Shown here: in pieces, positions 34,412 through 48,400 of the stretch
Layout: each line of letters opens with the position of its first letter
Position numbering within the stretch: the stretch's first letter is position 1
NCBI GenBank assembly: GCA_038087875.1
Contig: CM075994.1
Location: 744,001-808,000, forward strand
Direction of reading: 5' to 3'
Length of the DNA: 64,000 bases
Source: Malacoraja senta
Lineage: Eukaryota
Notes under the pieces: model-generated
The model's database searches: none
Seen by the model: the letters and a program-made list of their open reading frames with translations, nothing else
Told to the model about the DNA's origin: nothing
Program-made: the position numbers and the translations under genes

Positions 34412-37400
34412 TCAGGTTCCTCGTACATCTTTCCCCCTCACCTTAACACCTATGCACAGAGCAGCGAAGGGGGATGTGAGCAGGGCTTTCAACTGCGCTC
34501 TGAACCTGCTCTGGGTGAGGGCGTACACACAGGAGTTTGTGCAGGAACCGAGGCACTTCAGCAGCATCGCGACTTGCACGGCCGCGTACAGCGAGCGGGG
34601 ACCGCGGAACATCACCGTCCCGCTCACCCCCACCCAGGCGTGGATCACCGTGATGGGAACGGCCAGCGCCACGAAGCTCCAGGAGACGGCGAACAGCAGG
34701 GCGATCGAAACCCTCCGGCTCCTGACCTCGGGGTCGTTGCCCCCGCCCGCCTGGAGAGGGCCCTTCAGGGCCAGTCGGGCCCTGCTAGCCCACAGGATGT
34801 GTCTGGCGGTCAGCGAATTCAGAAGCAGCAGGGCGGGGATGGGGAGGAAGGTGTTGAGGAGGTTGGAGGCCCAGCGATGGGCGGACCACAGCGGGGATTC
34901 CAGGTGACCCGGCACAGGGCAGCAACCGTAGGCTACACGGTGAACGGTGTGACAGGGCTGGTAGCGGAGAGGCCAGTGCGCGTTCGTGAACACGCTGACC
35001 ATTCCTACCGCCGCTAACACCATCGCCGCGGTTCGCTCGGTGCAATAGGTGCGCCTCAGCTTCCGGCAACAGACGTGAAGGCCACGGTGAACCAGGTATT
35101 GAGCTGGAAACTGAAGCCTTGCAGGTAGGCACTGAGCCGGCACACGGGCGTGTAGCGGAGCGGAGACCCGGGGAAGTGGTACCTGAAAGGACAAGAAACC
35201 TCGGGGTGACTCAGCGGGCCAGGCAGCGGCTCGGCAAAGAAAAATAGATATACAAAACGCTGGAGTAACTCAGCGGGTCAGGCAGCAAATGGAGGAAAGA
35301 TAAACACAAAACGCTGGAGTAACGCAGCGGGTCGGCACGGTGGCGCAGCGGTAGAGTTGCTGCCAGAGGCCCGGGTTCGATTCTGACTACGGGTGCAGTC
35401 TGCCCGGAGATTGGCCGTTGTCCCCGTGACATCGTGGGTATCTCCAGGTGCCCAAGGTTTCCTCTAACTTTTGCAATCAGACCAGTGGAGTGTGGGAGCA
35501 ATCCGGAGCACCTGGATAAAACCCACGCAGTCACAGGCAGAATGTTCATACTACACACAGACACACCAAAGTCAGAGTCGAACCCAGGTCTTTAGTGCTG
35601 TGCGGGGAACAGGAGCGGGGAGGCGTGGGAAGAGAGAGGGGTGGTGTGGGGTAGAATGGAATGGGCTTTGCGGGAGGTTGGTGAAAGGTTACCTAAAAGC
35701 GGAGTATTCAATGTTCATACCGTTCATACCGTAAGATGCTGTTCCTCCAGTTTGCGTGTGGCCTCACTCTGGCAGTGAAGGAGGCCCAGGATTAAAAAAA
35801 AGGCCAGTGTGGTAACGGGAAGGGAATGGTTAAAAACCGGGAGAGCCAGCAGGTCTTGGCGGACCGAGCGCAAGTGTTCGGCGAAATTTTCGCCCAGTCT
35901 ACACATTGTGTTGCCGATGTCCAGGAGGACACATCGGGAACTGGGATATCTCCCGGTGGCCAAACACTTTTACTCCTCCTCCCATTCGCACACCTACCCA
36001 TTCTGTCAGGGGCCTCCTCCATTGTCAGAGTGAGGCCCAGCGCAAACAGGAGCAACAGCACCTCGTGTTTCGCTTGGGCAGCTTACACCCCAGCTTGACT
36101 TCTCTAACTCCAAGTGACCCTTGCTTTTCCACTCTCTCCATCCCATCCTAATTCCCCGACCAGTCTGACTGTCCCTTTGAGTAAATATGTATCTCTCTTT
36201 GCTTCGTTGTCCACTTCCCCGAGCTAACAATGGTCCATTCTACTTTTCCCTTGATCAGAATACCACTTCACCCCCCACCCCCCTTCCCAAATCTTTGCAC
36301 ATCCCCAAACCTTCCCATTCGTCACTTTAATTTAATTTATCTTGTTTTTTTAATGACTGTTAGCAGAATACTTTCCCTCCTGGGATTAGTAAAGTTCTAT
36401 CGTATTGTACGCTAACAGCGTCCCATTTGATGTCTCGTTTTCACACCTTTCCTTTTCATATCTCTGCGTGTCCCCTTCCACTGTCTCTCAGTCTGAAGAA
36501 GGCTCTCGACCCGAAACGTCACCCATTCTTTCTATCCGCAGATGCTGCCTGACCCGCCGCGTTACTCCAGCATTTTGTGTCTATCTTCGGCGTAAACCAG
36601 CATCTGCAGTTCCTTCCTACACATGCAGTAGATGAGGTTGGAGCAGGTATCCAGTACGTACCTGACTATCTGGCTGACTATGACGTTGAAGACCAACACC
36701 ATGAGATCACCCATCGCCATGGCCATCATGTAGCAGGTGATGTCTTTGGAGAGACCGCACTTTCCTCGGAACAGGATCACCAAGGACATCAAGTTGGCTG
36801 TAAGGAAACACACAACGGCGAGAAGCAAGAGGGAAATGGGATAGAGGCGTAGGGGACTGCATCTGTAGGGAACGGCAATAAATGTAACAATAATTTCAGC
36901 AGTCCTGAACTACTTTCTACCTCATTGGTGACACTCGGACCATGTGTGACCGGACTGATGTCTTTACCTTGCACTGAACGTCATTCCCTTATCATGTATC
37001 TGTACACTGGAAATGGCTCGATTGTAATCGTGATTTCCGCTGACTGGTTAGCACGCAACAAAAGCTTTTCACTGTACCTCGGTACACGTGATAATGAACT
37101 AAATTCAACTGAACTGAATACGATCCAAGTCATTTGGGTATTTCTTAACCGGAGATTGACAGGCTCTTGATCAATAAGGTTGTTAAAGGATAGGGGGAAA
37201 AGGCAGGAGAATGGGGGTGATCAGGGGAAGATAGATCAGCCATGACTGAATGTTACAGTAGACTTGACGGGCTCTTCACATTCACTCCATCCAGTACCAT
37301 ACACAACACCCGAGGTCAGGACTGAACCCAGGTCTTTTGCGATGTGAGGCAGCAACTCTCCCTCTGCGCCACGGTGCTACACCTAATTTTAGACAATAAG

Positions 37401-38117
37401 AGTGAAAACAGGCCATTCGGCCCGTCGGGCCTGCGCAGACCAGCGACTACCTGCCCAGTGTTAGAAGCAATCCGTCTTCCCTTAGCATTGAAACCAAGAG
37501 CACAAAAGTGAACAATCTCATCGTTGCCCTGACTCTGACCACTGACTGGCACAATGGATGCAGAGAAATCAACTGCAGCCAAAAACAATGAAGAGACATA
37601 GAAGGTCTCCATTCAACCTCCGGTATTCCAGAGAAAACAATCCAAGTCTGTCCGACTTCTCCTTGTAGCTGATTCCCGCTAAAGCAGGCATCATTCTGCT
37701 AAAAGGCACACAAATGCTGGATTAACTCAGTGGGTCAGACAGCATCTCTGGAGAGAAGGAATACGTGACATTTCGGGTCGAGACCTTTATTTCAGACCAG
37801 TAAGGAGAAAAGAAAACGAGAGATATAGTCGGTGATGGAGAGATATAAAGAGCAAATGAATGAAAGCTATGCATAAAGTAACGATGATCAATGAAATGGA
37901 GAGCCCATGATGGCCCATTGTTGGATGAGGGCTAGGTGATAACGAGTTATACAGACAGTGAAACTCAATAAGACGACAGTGAAACTAGTACGACAACTAG
38001 GGTGGGGGAGGGACGGAGAGAAAACCACCGCTACATTAAATGAAATGACTTACCAGGCACACCAATGACTGCAATAATCGGGTAGAAGATCTCGATGTGA
38101 AGTGCGTACGTTCCCAT
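34412..38117 (-). pseudogene. GPR139-like GPCR copy C, frameshifted; exons 38054..38117, 36662..36797, 34412..35182
   Basis: A 19-bp deletion between 35072 and 35073 removes the CDRFVAI (DRF) codons; exon 3 is 771 nt instead of 790. Confidence 0.88.
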
Positions 38118-38312
38118 CCTCTGGTGAAAGGAGGCGCTCTATGAATGGGGTGCTTTGGAAACGGAAGGATTTATACGTGAGCAGATGGTCTCTTGCGACA
38201 TCCATGTCATTAGCCAGAGCAAATATTCAACGCAAGGGTTCGCAAACCAGCACTAATGAGACCTAATGATCCTCAGAGATAACGTTGCACTCACAACCAC
38301 AGTCATTACATC

Positions 38313-41310
38313 AGATTCAGATTCAGATTCAACTTTATTGTCATTGTGCAGTGTACAGTACAGAGACAACGAAATGCAGTTAGCATCTCCCTAGAAGAGC
38401 GACATAAATATGAGCAGTAAATAAATAAATCTAATAAATCCTGGTGGGAGGAGTGTCCGGGGGGGGGGGGGGAGTGATTGGCAGTCACCGAGGTACAGTG
38501 TTGAGTAGTGTAACCGCCGCAGGGAAGAAGCTGTCGCTGGACCTGCTGGTCCGGCAACGGAGAGACCTGTAGCGCCTCCCGGATGGTAGGAGGGTAAACA
38601 GTCTGTGGTTGGGGTGAGAGCAGTCCTTGGCGATGCTGAGCGCCCTTCGCAGACAACGGTTGCTTTGGACAGACTCAATGGTGGGGAGTGAGCAACCGGT
38701 GATGCGTTGGGCAATTTTCACCACCCTCTGCAGTGCTTTCCGGTCAGAGACAGAGCAGTTGCCATACCATACTGTGATGCAGTTGGTAAGGATGCTCTCG
38801 ATGGTGCAGCGGTAGAAGTTCACCAGAATCTGAGGAGACCGATGGACCTTCTTTATTCTCCTCAGGAAGAAGAAACGCTGGTGAGGCTTGTTGACCAGAG
38901 TTGAGGTATTGTTGGTCCAAGAGAGGTCATCGGAGATGTTGACCCCCAGGAACCTGAAGCTGGATACACGTTCCACCTCCGTCCCGTTAATATGGATGGG
39001 GGTGTGCGTGCCGCCCCTAGACTTCCTGAAGTCTACAATGAGCTCCTTGGTCTTCTTGGAGTTAACGGCCAGGTTGTAGTCAGTGCACCACGCTGCTAGG
39101 AGCTGGACCTCCAACCTATAGGCCGACTCATCGTTGTTGCTGATGAGGCCAATCACCGTTGTATCATCTGCATACTTGATGATGGTGTTAGTACCATGTA
39201 CAGGTGTGCAGTCGTAGGTGAAGAGGGAGTAGAGGAGGGGGCTCAGCACACAGCCCTGTGGAACGCCGGTTTTCGGGGTGAGGGTTGAAGAGGTGTGCTT
39301 GTCTAACCTAACAGACTGGGGTCTGTTGGTTAGAAAGTCCAGTATACAGTTGCAGAGGGAGAGGTCGATGCCCAGGTCACCGAGTTTGGTGATCAGTTTA
39401 GAGGGTATGATGGTGTTGAATGCTGAGCTGTAATCGATGAACAGCATTCTTACGTAAGTGTCTCTGTTGTCGAGGTGGGAGAGGGCGGAGTGAAGTGCCG
39501 TTGAGATGGCATCCTCCGTACTCCTGTTCTTGCGGTAGGTAAACTGATAGGGATCCAATGTGGGGGGTAGGCAGCCTTTGAGGTGTGCCAGGACCAGCCT
39601 CTCGAAGCACTTGGCGATGATGGGAGTAAGTGCAACTGGGCGGAAGTCGTTGAGGCTTGCCGCAGTGGAGTGTTTTGGCACCGGCTCGATGGAGGTGGAT
39701 TTAAGGGACGTGGGCACAACTGCTTGGGCAAGTGACAGGTTGAAGATGTCAGTCCAGACGTCTGTCAGCTGCGCAGCACAGGCCCTGAGGACGCGCCCGG
39801 GGATGCCGTCGGGGCCAGCAGCCTTACGTGCATTAGTCCTACTCAGTGCCACGTACACGTCGTAGGGGGTGAGTGAGAGGGGCTGGTGATCGGCAGGGAG
39901 CACCGCCTTGATGGCCAACTGCCGATTGTCCCTATCGAAGCGGCCATAGAAGTGGTTAAGCTCCTCAAGGAAGGAGGCGTTGCTGGATGTGGGGGTATTG
40001 TTGGTGGGTCTAATGTCCGTGATGGCCTGGATGCCTTGCCACATGTGTCGGGGATCGGAGTTGTTGTTGAAGTGCTCCTCAATCCTAAGCTTATGGCAGT
40101 GCTTGGCCTTCTTTATGCCCTTCTTCAGGTTAGCCCTGGATGAACTATAGGCGCGGGCATCGCCTGACCTGAAAGCGGTGTCCCGTGCTTTCAGCAGTAG
40201 CCTGACCTCGCTGTTCATCCATGGCTTCTGATTCGGGAATATGGTCACCCGTTTGAGGGAGGTGACACTGTTGATGGTGGAGTTCATAAAGTCCAGAACA
40301 GAGGATGTATAGGAGTCAATGTCCGTGTGGGAGTCAAGGGTGGCCTGGGCTGCAAACGCCTTCCAGTCAGTGTTTCCAAAACACTGCTGAAGTGTGGAGT
40401 CCGCATCCTCTGACCAGACTTTAACTGTCCTCACAGTGGGTTTAACCTGTCTGATGAGTGGGGAGTACTTTGGGAGCAGGAACAATGAGAGGTGATCAGA
40501 CTGTCCAAGGTGGGGGAGGGGGCGGCTTTGTAAGCTTCAGTCATGTTAGTGTAGACTTTGTCCAGTGTCTTGTCTTCTCTAGTGGCGAAGGAGACGTGTT
40601 GGTGGAATTTGGGGAGTACAGTCTTCAGGTTGGAGTGATTGAAGTCACCCGCAACAATGAAGGCTGCCTCGGGGTTGTGAGTCTGTTGTTTGCTAATGGC
40701 AGTATGCAGATCTTTCATTGCAAGCTTGGGATTAGCATCAGGAGGAATATAGGCTGCAGTCACAACAGTGGAGATAAACCCTCTGGGCAGATAGAACGGT
40801 CTGCATCTAACCAAGAGGAACTCTAGGTTAGCTGAGCAGTGACTCTCGATGATGGTGGTGTCCGTGCACCATGCTTGGTTTACATAAATGCACAGACCTC
40901 CACCTCTGGTCTTACCGGAGTCTATTGTCCTGTCCGCTCGGACTAAATGCCGCCCCGTTAGCTGGATGGCGCTGTCAGGAACGTCGGTGTTGAGCCAAGT
41001 TTCAGTGACGATCAAGATGCTGCAGTCTTTGATCCAGTTGTGGGAGGTGATCCTTAGCCGGAGTTCGTCCATTTTGTTTGCCAGTGAGCGCACGTTGGCG
41101 AGGAAAAGGCTAGGAATCGCTAGCCTGTGTGGGACTAGCTCTAACCTGGCCTTTAACCCACCTCTGCGTCCCCGGCGGTGCTTCCGTTCACGTCGCCGTC
41201 TGTTGGTGCTTCCGGTCGGCCGAGCTGGCTTGGTGGGCGCTGGTGTTCTGCCGCCCCGCGACTCCGCTGGCGTTCTACTAGTTTACTAGTTTAGTTTAGT
41301 TAGTGTAATC
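38313..41310 (-). mobile_element. Rex1/Babar-type LINE copy upstream of gene C (one frameshift near 40515)
   Basis: ORFs 40431..41093 and 38485..40485 together give the APE-RT protein. Confidence 0.92.
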
Positions 41311-43281
41311 ACTAGTTTAGTTTAGTTAGTGTGCTTTAGTTAATTTAATTTAGTTAGTTTGCTTTTGTTAGTTTACTTTAGTGTATTAGTTTGCTTTAAT
41401 TAGTTATGTTATCATTAATCTAGTTTAGTTTTGTTTTGTTCCATTTCATTATGTTTCGTTTAATTTAATTTAGCCAAGTTAGTTTAGTTTAATTTAGTTT
41501 AGTTTAATTTAGTTTAGTTTAGTTTATTCTAGTCGAGTTTAGTTTAGTTTTGATTCGTTTATTTTAGGTTAGTTGAGTGATACAGCTCGGAAACTTGATC
41601 TGAAACTTGATCTGAAAAGGCACATCATCACATTCAGGCACAGTTTCTTCCCAGCTGTTATCAGGCAATTGATACACCCTACCATAACCAGAGAGCAGTC
41701 CTGAACTACTATCTACCCTTTTGGTGGCCCTTGGTCTATTCCCTATCAGATTTCGATGTCCGGAAGTGGCGGCGCTGCCCAAGCAGCTGCGGCTCTCCTG
41801 CAGTCCGTTTGTCTTTTCTTTTTTGTTGTTGTTTCTTTTGTCCTGTTGTTTACTTTATTTCGTTTATTTTAGTTGTGTATGTGTGGGGGGGTGGGAGAAA
41901 TTGTCTTTAGTCTCCTCCTTCGGGGAGGATGCGACATTTTCTTGTCGAATCCCCCGTCTCCGTCTCCGTCTGCGCTGAGGCCTAATCGCGGAGCTGGCGG
42001 CCTCCAACTGGGACCGACCTCGAGGCTCCGGAGGCAGAGCCAGGACTTACCATCGCGAGGCTGGACGATTTCGGGGCTGTGGTGGCGGCGACCCGACTTC
42101 GGAACCTCGGAGGCTCGGCCGCGGCCCCAGTGGACGACAACGTCGGGAGCTCGCAGGTCCCAGGTTGGTGACCGATTCTCCGGAGCTCCCGCAACATCAG
42201 CTTCGTCCGCTGGACTGGTGGGTGGCAGCTTCGGCAGCTTCGACCGCCCCGGGCCACGGAGTTTGAACCAGCCCGTTCGCGGAGCTCGGTTGCAGCCGCT
42301 GGGAGGCCCAACACCGGAAGCCTGGATCGCCTCAAAGTAGAGGGAGACGAGGAGGGAAATGCCATGGACTTTAAGATTTTTGCCTTCCATCACAATGAGG
42401 AGGTGCCTGGTAGACTCACTGTGGTGGATGTTAAACTGTGTTAACTGTGTGTTTTGTTATTTTATTCTATGTTATGACTGCAAGGTATACAATTTCGCTC
42501 AGACTGAAATGTCTAAATGACAATAAAGGATACTTAAATTGCTTAAACTTAAGACGGTTAAGACGGACTGAGCGGAGGTGTTCAACAAAACGATCGCCGA
42601 GCCTGCGCTTGGTCTCGCCGATGTGCGGAGGTTCACACCTGGGACAGCGGATACAGTAGATGAGGTTGTAGGAGATGCAATTGAACCTCTGCCTCACCTG
42701 AAAAGACTGTCGGGGCGAGGAGGTGCAAATGCAGATGAGGCAGACGTTGACTGGCATCTCCTCCAACATCATCTACGCGGCCGAGGTTAGATTCCGACTA
42801 TGGGTGCTGTCTGTAAGTTCTCCCCTTGACCTGCGTCAGAGATATTCGGTTTCCTCCCACACTCCAAAGACGTACAGGTAGGTAGGTTAATTGGCTTGGT
42901 AGAAATCTAAATTGTCCCTAGTGTGTGCGGGATCGTGTCAACGTGCGGGGATCGTTGGTCGGCACGGACTCGGTGGGCCGAAGGGCCTGTTCCGCGCTGC
43001 ATCTCTAAACTAAACTAAACTAAACGAAGCTAAAACTAAAAGTTAGTGACGCCAAATGTATTAATGGCAAGTCTGTATGTGTTGGATATATAATGGTAAT
43101 AACAGCGAGCATGTCAAATGGTCTACCTATCGTCTTCTGAAACCTCAAGGAGCGGAGTTCAAAGGTAGGGAACATGAATAGGTTGACAACAGGTACTAAC
43201 TGGCACCTTGTTTTAATGTATTGATGAATTGTACACCTTCAATAGCTTTTGGGATATCCACATGACTCAGTGTGTTCTCTA

Positions 43282-43885
43282 GTCATAACAAGAAGAGTCG
43301 AGTATAGGAGCAAAGAGGTCCTTCTGCAGTGGTACAGGGCACTAGTGAGACGACACCTGGAGTATTGTGAGCAGTTTTGGTCACCTTATTTGAGGAAGGA
43401 ATTTCTTGCTATTGAGGGAGTGCAGTGTAGGTATACAAGGTTAATTCCCGGGATGGCGGGACTGTCATATGCTGAGAGAATGGTGCGGCTGGGCTTGTAT
43501 ACTCTGGAATTTAGATGAGAGGGCATCTTATTGAAACATATAAGATTATTAAGGGTTTGGACATGCTAGAGGCAGGACACATGTTGGGGGAGTCCAGAAC
43601 CAGGGGCCACAGTTTAAGACCGAGGGGTAAGCCATTTAGAACGGAGATGAGAAAACACCTTTTCACACAGAGAGCTGTGATTCTGTGGAATTCTCTGCCT
43701 GTGGAGGCTGGTTCTCTGGATACTGTCAAGAGAAAGCTTGATCGGGCTCTTAAAGATAGCGGAGTCAGAGGATGTGGTGAGAAGGCAGGAACGGAGTACT
43801 GATTGGGGATGATCAGCCATGGTCACATTGAATGGCGGTGCTAGCTCGACGGGCCGAATGGCCCACTCCTGCGTCTATTCTCTAT
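43282..43885 (+). mobile_element. CR1 3' fragment (unit copy)
   Basis: Paralog of 3410-4010. Confidence 0.87.
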
Positions 43886-44041
43886 AGAAACATGGAAATA
43901 ATATTCCATTTCGTGTCCCGTTGTGAAAGAGTGAATTCAGTGACTGCAGTTTAAGTTATTTACTCCGTGCAGATGAGATTTCTCCCCGCTTCGAATGGAC
44001 CCAATGAGAACAAAGTTTGTGATCAACCAGATTAAAGGACA

Positions 44042-44702
44042 AATGGATCAATGGTTCAATGGCTCAATGGCTCAATGGTTCAATGGCTTAATGGCTCAAT
44101 GGTTCAGTGGCTCAATGGCTCAATCGTTCAATGGTTCAATGATTCAATGGCTCAATCGTTCAATGATTCAATGATTCAATGATTCCTTGTTTCAATGGTT
44201 CAATGGCTTATGGTCTGAGTGCAGGTAGATGGGACTAGGTGAGAGTAAGTGTTCGGCACGGACTACAAGGGCCGAGGGCCTGTTTTCGTGCTGTAATTGT
44301 TATATGGTTATATGGTTATAATGGTTCAATGGTTGAATGATTCAATGGTTCAATGGCTTATTGGTTCAATGGCTCAATAATTCAATGAGTCAATGATTCA
44401 ATGATTCAAAGGCTCAATAGTTCAATGGTTCAATGGCTCATTGGTTCAATGGTTCAATGGCTCATTGGTTCAATGATTCAATGGCTCAATGGTTCAATGA
44501 TTGAATGGCTCAATGGCTCAATGGCTGACTGGTTCAACGATTCAATGGTTCAATGGCTGAATGGTTGAATGATTCAATGGTTCAATGATTCAATGATTCA
44601 ATGGTTGAATGATTCAATGGTTCAATGGCTGAATGGCTGAATGATTCAATGATTCAATGATTCAATGGTTGAATGATTCAATGGTTCAATGATTCAATGA
44701 TG
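44042..44702. repeat. Octamer YTCAATGR minisatellite (short variant)
   Basis: Read directly; it lacks the first block present in the other units. Confidence 0.96.
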
Positions 44703-45483
44703 ATCCAATTCATGTTTTTATTTAATGTGGAACAATAAAAGAGTCTATCTGTCTCCCAAGTAGAAGCATACAGTAGGAATAATTTCGTTTTGTTTGTTGT
44801 CACGTGTACGGAGGTACAGTTAAAACGTTTTGTTGCGTGCTAACCAGTCAGCGGAAAGACAATACATGATTACAATGGAGCCGTCCACATTGTACAGATA
44901 CACGATAAGGGAATAACGTTTCGTGCAAGGTTAATCCAGTAAATTCCGGTAACAAACAGTCCGACGGTCACCAATGAGGTAGATAGCAGTTTAGCACTGC
45001 TCACTGGTTGTGGTAGGATGCTTCAGTTTCTTGATAACAGTTGGGAAGAAATTATCCCTGAAACTTGAGGTGTGTGTATTCATATTTCTATACATTTTGC
45101 ACGATGGGAGAGGGGAGAAAAGGGGAGAGAGGAGAACTCCCTATAATCTAATGGGCAATTTGGAGAGTCCAATTATCCTACAAAATGTTTAGGGCGTGGA
45201 AGGAAATGCAGCACCGAGAGGAAACCCACGCGGCCACATAGAGATTAGATGATCTTGCCATCGTGTTTGGCACGGTCATTGTGGCACGGACATTGTGTTC
45301 CAGTGCTAAGTTCCAAGTTCTAAGTGCAGGACATAGGGTTAATTATCAAAACGTTTAAGAAACATTTATACACGTACATGGATCGGACAGGTTTGGAGGG
45401 ATATGGACCAAATGCAGGCAGGGGGGACTAGTGTAGACGGAGCATGGTGGCCATTGTGAGCAAGTTTGGCTGAAGGGTACCCC

Positions 45484-48400
45484 TCAGGTTCCTCGTACAT
45501 CTTTCCCCCTCACCTTAACACCTATGCACAGAGCAGTGAAGGGGGACGTGAGCAGGGCGTTCAACTCCACTCTGAACCTGCTCTGGGTGAGGGCGTACAC
45601 ACAGGTGTTTGTGCAGGAACCGAGGCACTTCAGCAACATCGCGACTTGCACGGCCGCGTACAGCGAGCGGGGGCCGCGGAACATCACCGTCGCGCTCACC
45701 CCCACCCAGGCGTGGATCACCGTGATGGGAACGGCTAGCGCCACGAAGCTCCCGGAGACGGCGAACAGCAGGGCGACGGAAGCCCTCCGGCTCCTGACCT
45801 CGGGGTCGTCGCCCCCGCCCCCCTGGCAAGAGCCCTTCAAGGCCAGTCGGGCCCTGCTAGCCCCTAGGACGTGTCTGGCGGTCAGCGAATTCAGCAGCAG
45901 CAGGGCGGGGATGGGGAGGAAGGTGTTGAGGAGGTTGGAGGTCCAGCGATGGGCGGACCACAGCGGGGATTCCAGGTGACCCGGCACAGGGCAGCAACCG
46001 TAGGCCACACGGTGAACGGTGTGACAGGGCCGGTAGCGGAGAGGCCAGGGCGCGTTCGTCAACACACTGACCATTCCTACCGCCGCTAGCACCATGGCCG
46101 CGGTTCTCTCGGTGCAATACGTGCGCCTCAGCTTCCGGCAACAGATAGCCACGAAACGGTCACACGTGAAGGCCACGGTGAACCAGGTATTGAGCTGGAA
46201 ACTGAAGCCTTGCAGGTAGGCACTGAGCCGGCACACGGGCGTGTAGCGGAGCGGAGACCCGGGGAAGTGTTACCTGAATGGACAAGAAACGCCGGGGTGA
46301 CTCAGCGGGTCAGGCAGCGGCTCTGGAAAGAAAAATAGATACAAAACGCTGGATGTAACTCAGCGGGTCAGGCAGCAAATGGAGGAAAGATAAACACAAA
46401 ACGCTGGAGTAACGCAGCGGTCGGCACGGTGGCGCAGCGGTAGAGTTGCTGTCAGAGACCCGGGTTCGATTCTGACTACGGGTGCAGTCTGCCCGGAGAT
46501 TGGCCGTTCTCCCCGTGACATCGTGGGTATTCTCCGGGTGCCCAAGGTTTCCTCTAACTTTTGCAATCAGACCAGTGGAGTGTGGGAGCAATCCGGAGCA
46601 TTTGGATAAAACCCACGCAGTCACAGGCAGAATGTTCATACTACACACAGACACACCAAAGTCAGAGTCGAACCCAGGTCTTTAGTGCTGTGCGGGGAAC
46701 AGGAGCGGGGAAGCGTGGGAAGAGAGAGGGGTGGTGTGGGGTAGAATGGAATGGGCTTTGCGGGAGGTTGGTGAAAGGTTACCTATAATCGGAGTATTCA
46801 ATGTTCATACCGTTGGGTTGTAAGATGCTGTTGCTCCAGTTTGCGTGTGGCCTCACTCTGGCAGTGAAGGAGGCCCAGGATAAAAAAAGGTCAGTGCGGT
46901 AACGGGAAGGGAACGGTTAAAAACCGGGAGATCCAGCAGGTCTTGGCGGACCGAGCGCAAGTGTCCGGCGAAATTTTCGCCCAGTCTACACATTGTCTTG
47001 CCGATGTCCAGGAGGCCACATCGGGAACTGGGATATCTCCCGGTGGCCAAACACCTTTACTCCTCCTCCCATTCGCACACGTACCCATTCTGTCAGGGGC
47101 CTCCTCCATTGTCAGAGTGAGGGCCAACGCAAACAGGAGCAACAGCACCTCGTGTTTCGCTTGGGCAGCTTACACCCCAGCTTGACTTCTCTAACTCCAA
47201 GTGACCCTTGCTTTTCCTCTCTCTCCATCCCATCCTAATTCCCCGACCAGTCTGACTGTCCCTTTGATTAAATATTTATCTCTCTTTGATTCGTTGTCCA
47301 CTTCCCCGAGCTAACAATGGTCCATTCTACTTTTCCCTTGATCAGAATACCACTTCACCCCCCACCCCCCTTCCCAAATCTTTGCACATCCCCAAACCTT
47401 TCTATTCGTCACTTTAATTTAATGTATCTTGTTTTTTTTATGACTGTTAGCAGAATACTTTCCCTCCTAGGTTTATTAAAGTTCTATCGTATTGTATGGT
47501 AACAGCGTCCCATTTGATGTCTCGTTTTCACACCTTTCCTTTTCATATCTCTGCGTGTCCCCCTCCACTGACTCTCAGTCTGAAGAAGGCTCTCGACCCG
47601 AAACGTCACCCATTCTTTCTATCCGCAGATGCTGCCTGTCCCGCCGCGTTACTCCAGCATTTTGTGTCTATCTTCGGCGTAAACCAGCATCTGCAGTTCC
47701 TTCCTACACATGCAGTAGATGAGGTTGGAGCAGGTATCCAGTACGTACCTGACTATCTGGCTGACTATGACGTTGAAGACCAACACCATGAGATCACCCA
47801 TCGCCATGGCCATCATGTAGCAGGTGATGTCTTTGGAGAGACCGCACTTTCCTCGAAACAGGATCACCAAGGACATCAAGTTGGCTGTAAGGAAACACAC
47901 AACGGCGAGAAGCAAGAGGGAAATGGGATAGAGGCGTAGGGGACTGCATCTGTAGGGAACGGCAATAAATGTAACCAGAATTTCAGCAGTCCTGACCTAC
48001 TATCTACCTCATTGGTGACACTCGGACCATGTGTGACCGGACTTTGATGGCTTTACCTTGCACTGAACGTCATTTCCTTATCATGTATCTGTACACTGGA
48101 AATGGCTCGATTGTAATCGCGATTTCCGCGGACTGGTTAGCACGCAACAAAAGCGTTTCACTGTACCTCGGTACACGTGATAATGAACTAAATTCAACTG
48201 AACTGAATACGATCCAAGTCATTTGGGTATTTCTTAACCGGAGATTGACAGGCTCTTGATCAATAAGGTTGTTAAAGGATAGGGGGAAAAGGCAGGAGAA
48301 TGGGGGTGATCAGGGGAAGATAGATCAGCCATGACTGAATGTTACAGTAGACTTGACGGGCTCTTCACATTCACTCCATCCAGGCCATACACAACACCCG

